From the human T2T-CHM13v2.0 reference genome, Homo sapiens: a stretch of 64,000 bases of DNA. Both the position numbers and the translations under genes were made by a program. Positions 63,004-64,000 of this stretch are shown here, piece by piece. Under the pieces are notes generated by a model. It made no database searches. It saw nothing but the letters and a program-made list of their open reading frames with translations, and was not told where the DNA came from. The stretch's first letter is position 1. Each line of letters opens with the position of its first letter. Location of the stretch: NCBI RefSeq assembly GCF_009914755.1, contig NC_060936.1; one strand, written 5' to 3'.

Positions 63004-64000
63004 TAGAAGAGAAAACCCAGGCTCAGAGATGAGCAGACTTCTCCAAGTGCACATAGCAGGTAAAAGGAGGGGCCAGGCTAGGAACCCAGGCTGGCTCAGA
63101 CCCAATCCCCCTGGGCTTAATGCCTTTCCGTAAATCCTGAACCTTTGCAAGGGTTAGATCCCAAAACATGAGAGCATCCTGTAGACCAAGCTCCACTCCT
63201 CCTGCCTCCCTGACTTCCTGGCTAATTCAGCCAATGGCATCATTCAGATCCTCATCAAAAGCCTCATGCTCTCCATGCCAAGAGCCCACACTAGGGTGGG
63301 CTGCCCTCTTTCCCGATTGGCAGATTTTTCAGCCCTTGATTGGCAGATTCTGTAGCCCCTAAACCACTCAGAGGAACCTCACATTTCTGCATGCACAGTG
63401 GGCTCCTCCACATCACAAATGTAAATGTGGACTGGGTTATCCCCATTTCTACTCCTTTCTTTGGCCTCCCCAATTGATTATTTTATTTATTATCTTGTTA
63501 TTTTGCCTTCCTCTGCTCCAAAAGTCAGTTGGCCTTTTTTCTCAGGGTCATTCTTTTCCCCTAACGTTTTACTATGAAAATTTCCAAATGCCAAAAAGTC
63601 AAAATATTTCATAGCACTCACCCCAACCCACCATCTTGATGCCACCATTGACATCTGACTGTGCTTGTACCTTCTTTAACACCATTCTCTCCATCTGTCC
63701 ATCTCTCTGTGAATGCATGTTATTATTTTGTCACATTTCAGAGTAAATTGCAGACATTAATACATTTCTCCAGAGTTATTTTTGCATTTCAAAACCAGTT
63801 GTTTGTTTTGTAAATCACTTCCTGAGCTTTTTTGCAGCTGAGAGCACATCCAGATCAACAGAGCTGTGTTGAGACGAAGCAGCCAGCCGCGTGGCCAGAG
63901 AGGGAGCTCCAGTTCTCACAGTGCACACAGCACCAGAAAAACGCTTTTTTTCCATTATTTTATGAGCATATGCCACAGGCTGAGCACTGTGAGAGGGTGC

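Overview
Human (Alu-rich) genomic DNA carrying the 3' part of ACACB (acetyl-CoA carboxylase 2) on the + strand. I traced 33 coding exons from 2119 to the stop at 59343. They join in phase into 4317 nt (1438 aa plus stop), roughly residues 1021-2458 if the canonical length is 2458 aa, covering the ACC central region and the carboxyltransferase domain. A ~1.9 kb 3' UTR and ~2.8 kb of downstream sequence follow. The introns hold about 50 Alus plus MIR, L1, hAT (MER1A, MER58, MER5) and LTR (MLT2A2, MER4, MER51, MER21) relics and simple repeats. Almost all ORF-track entries are Alu, simple-repeat or exon-readthrough artefacts. I found no convincing new biological system. The best leads are: two GC-AG introns, one inside a 303-nt Alu-bracketed cassette whose skipping or retention both give premature stops; three apparent non-reference missense codons including E1815K; an in-frame alternative acceptor in the CT domain; a 267-codon antisense ORF over the 3' UTR; an ~860-bp purine-pyrimidine alternating repeat; and a twin-primed L1. 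Comparisons with reference protein and repeat consensus sequences are from memory and need checking. Repeat boundaries are approximate.
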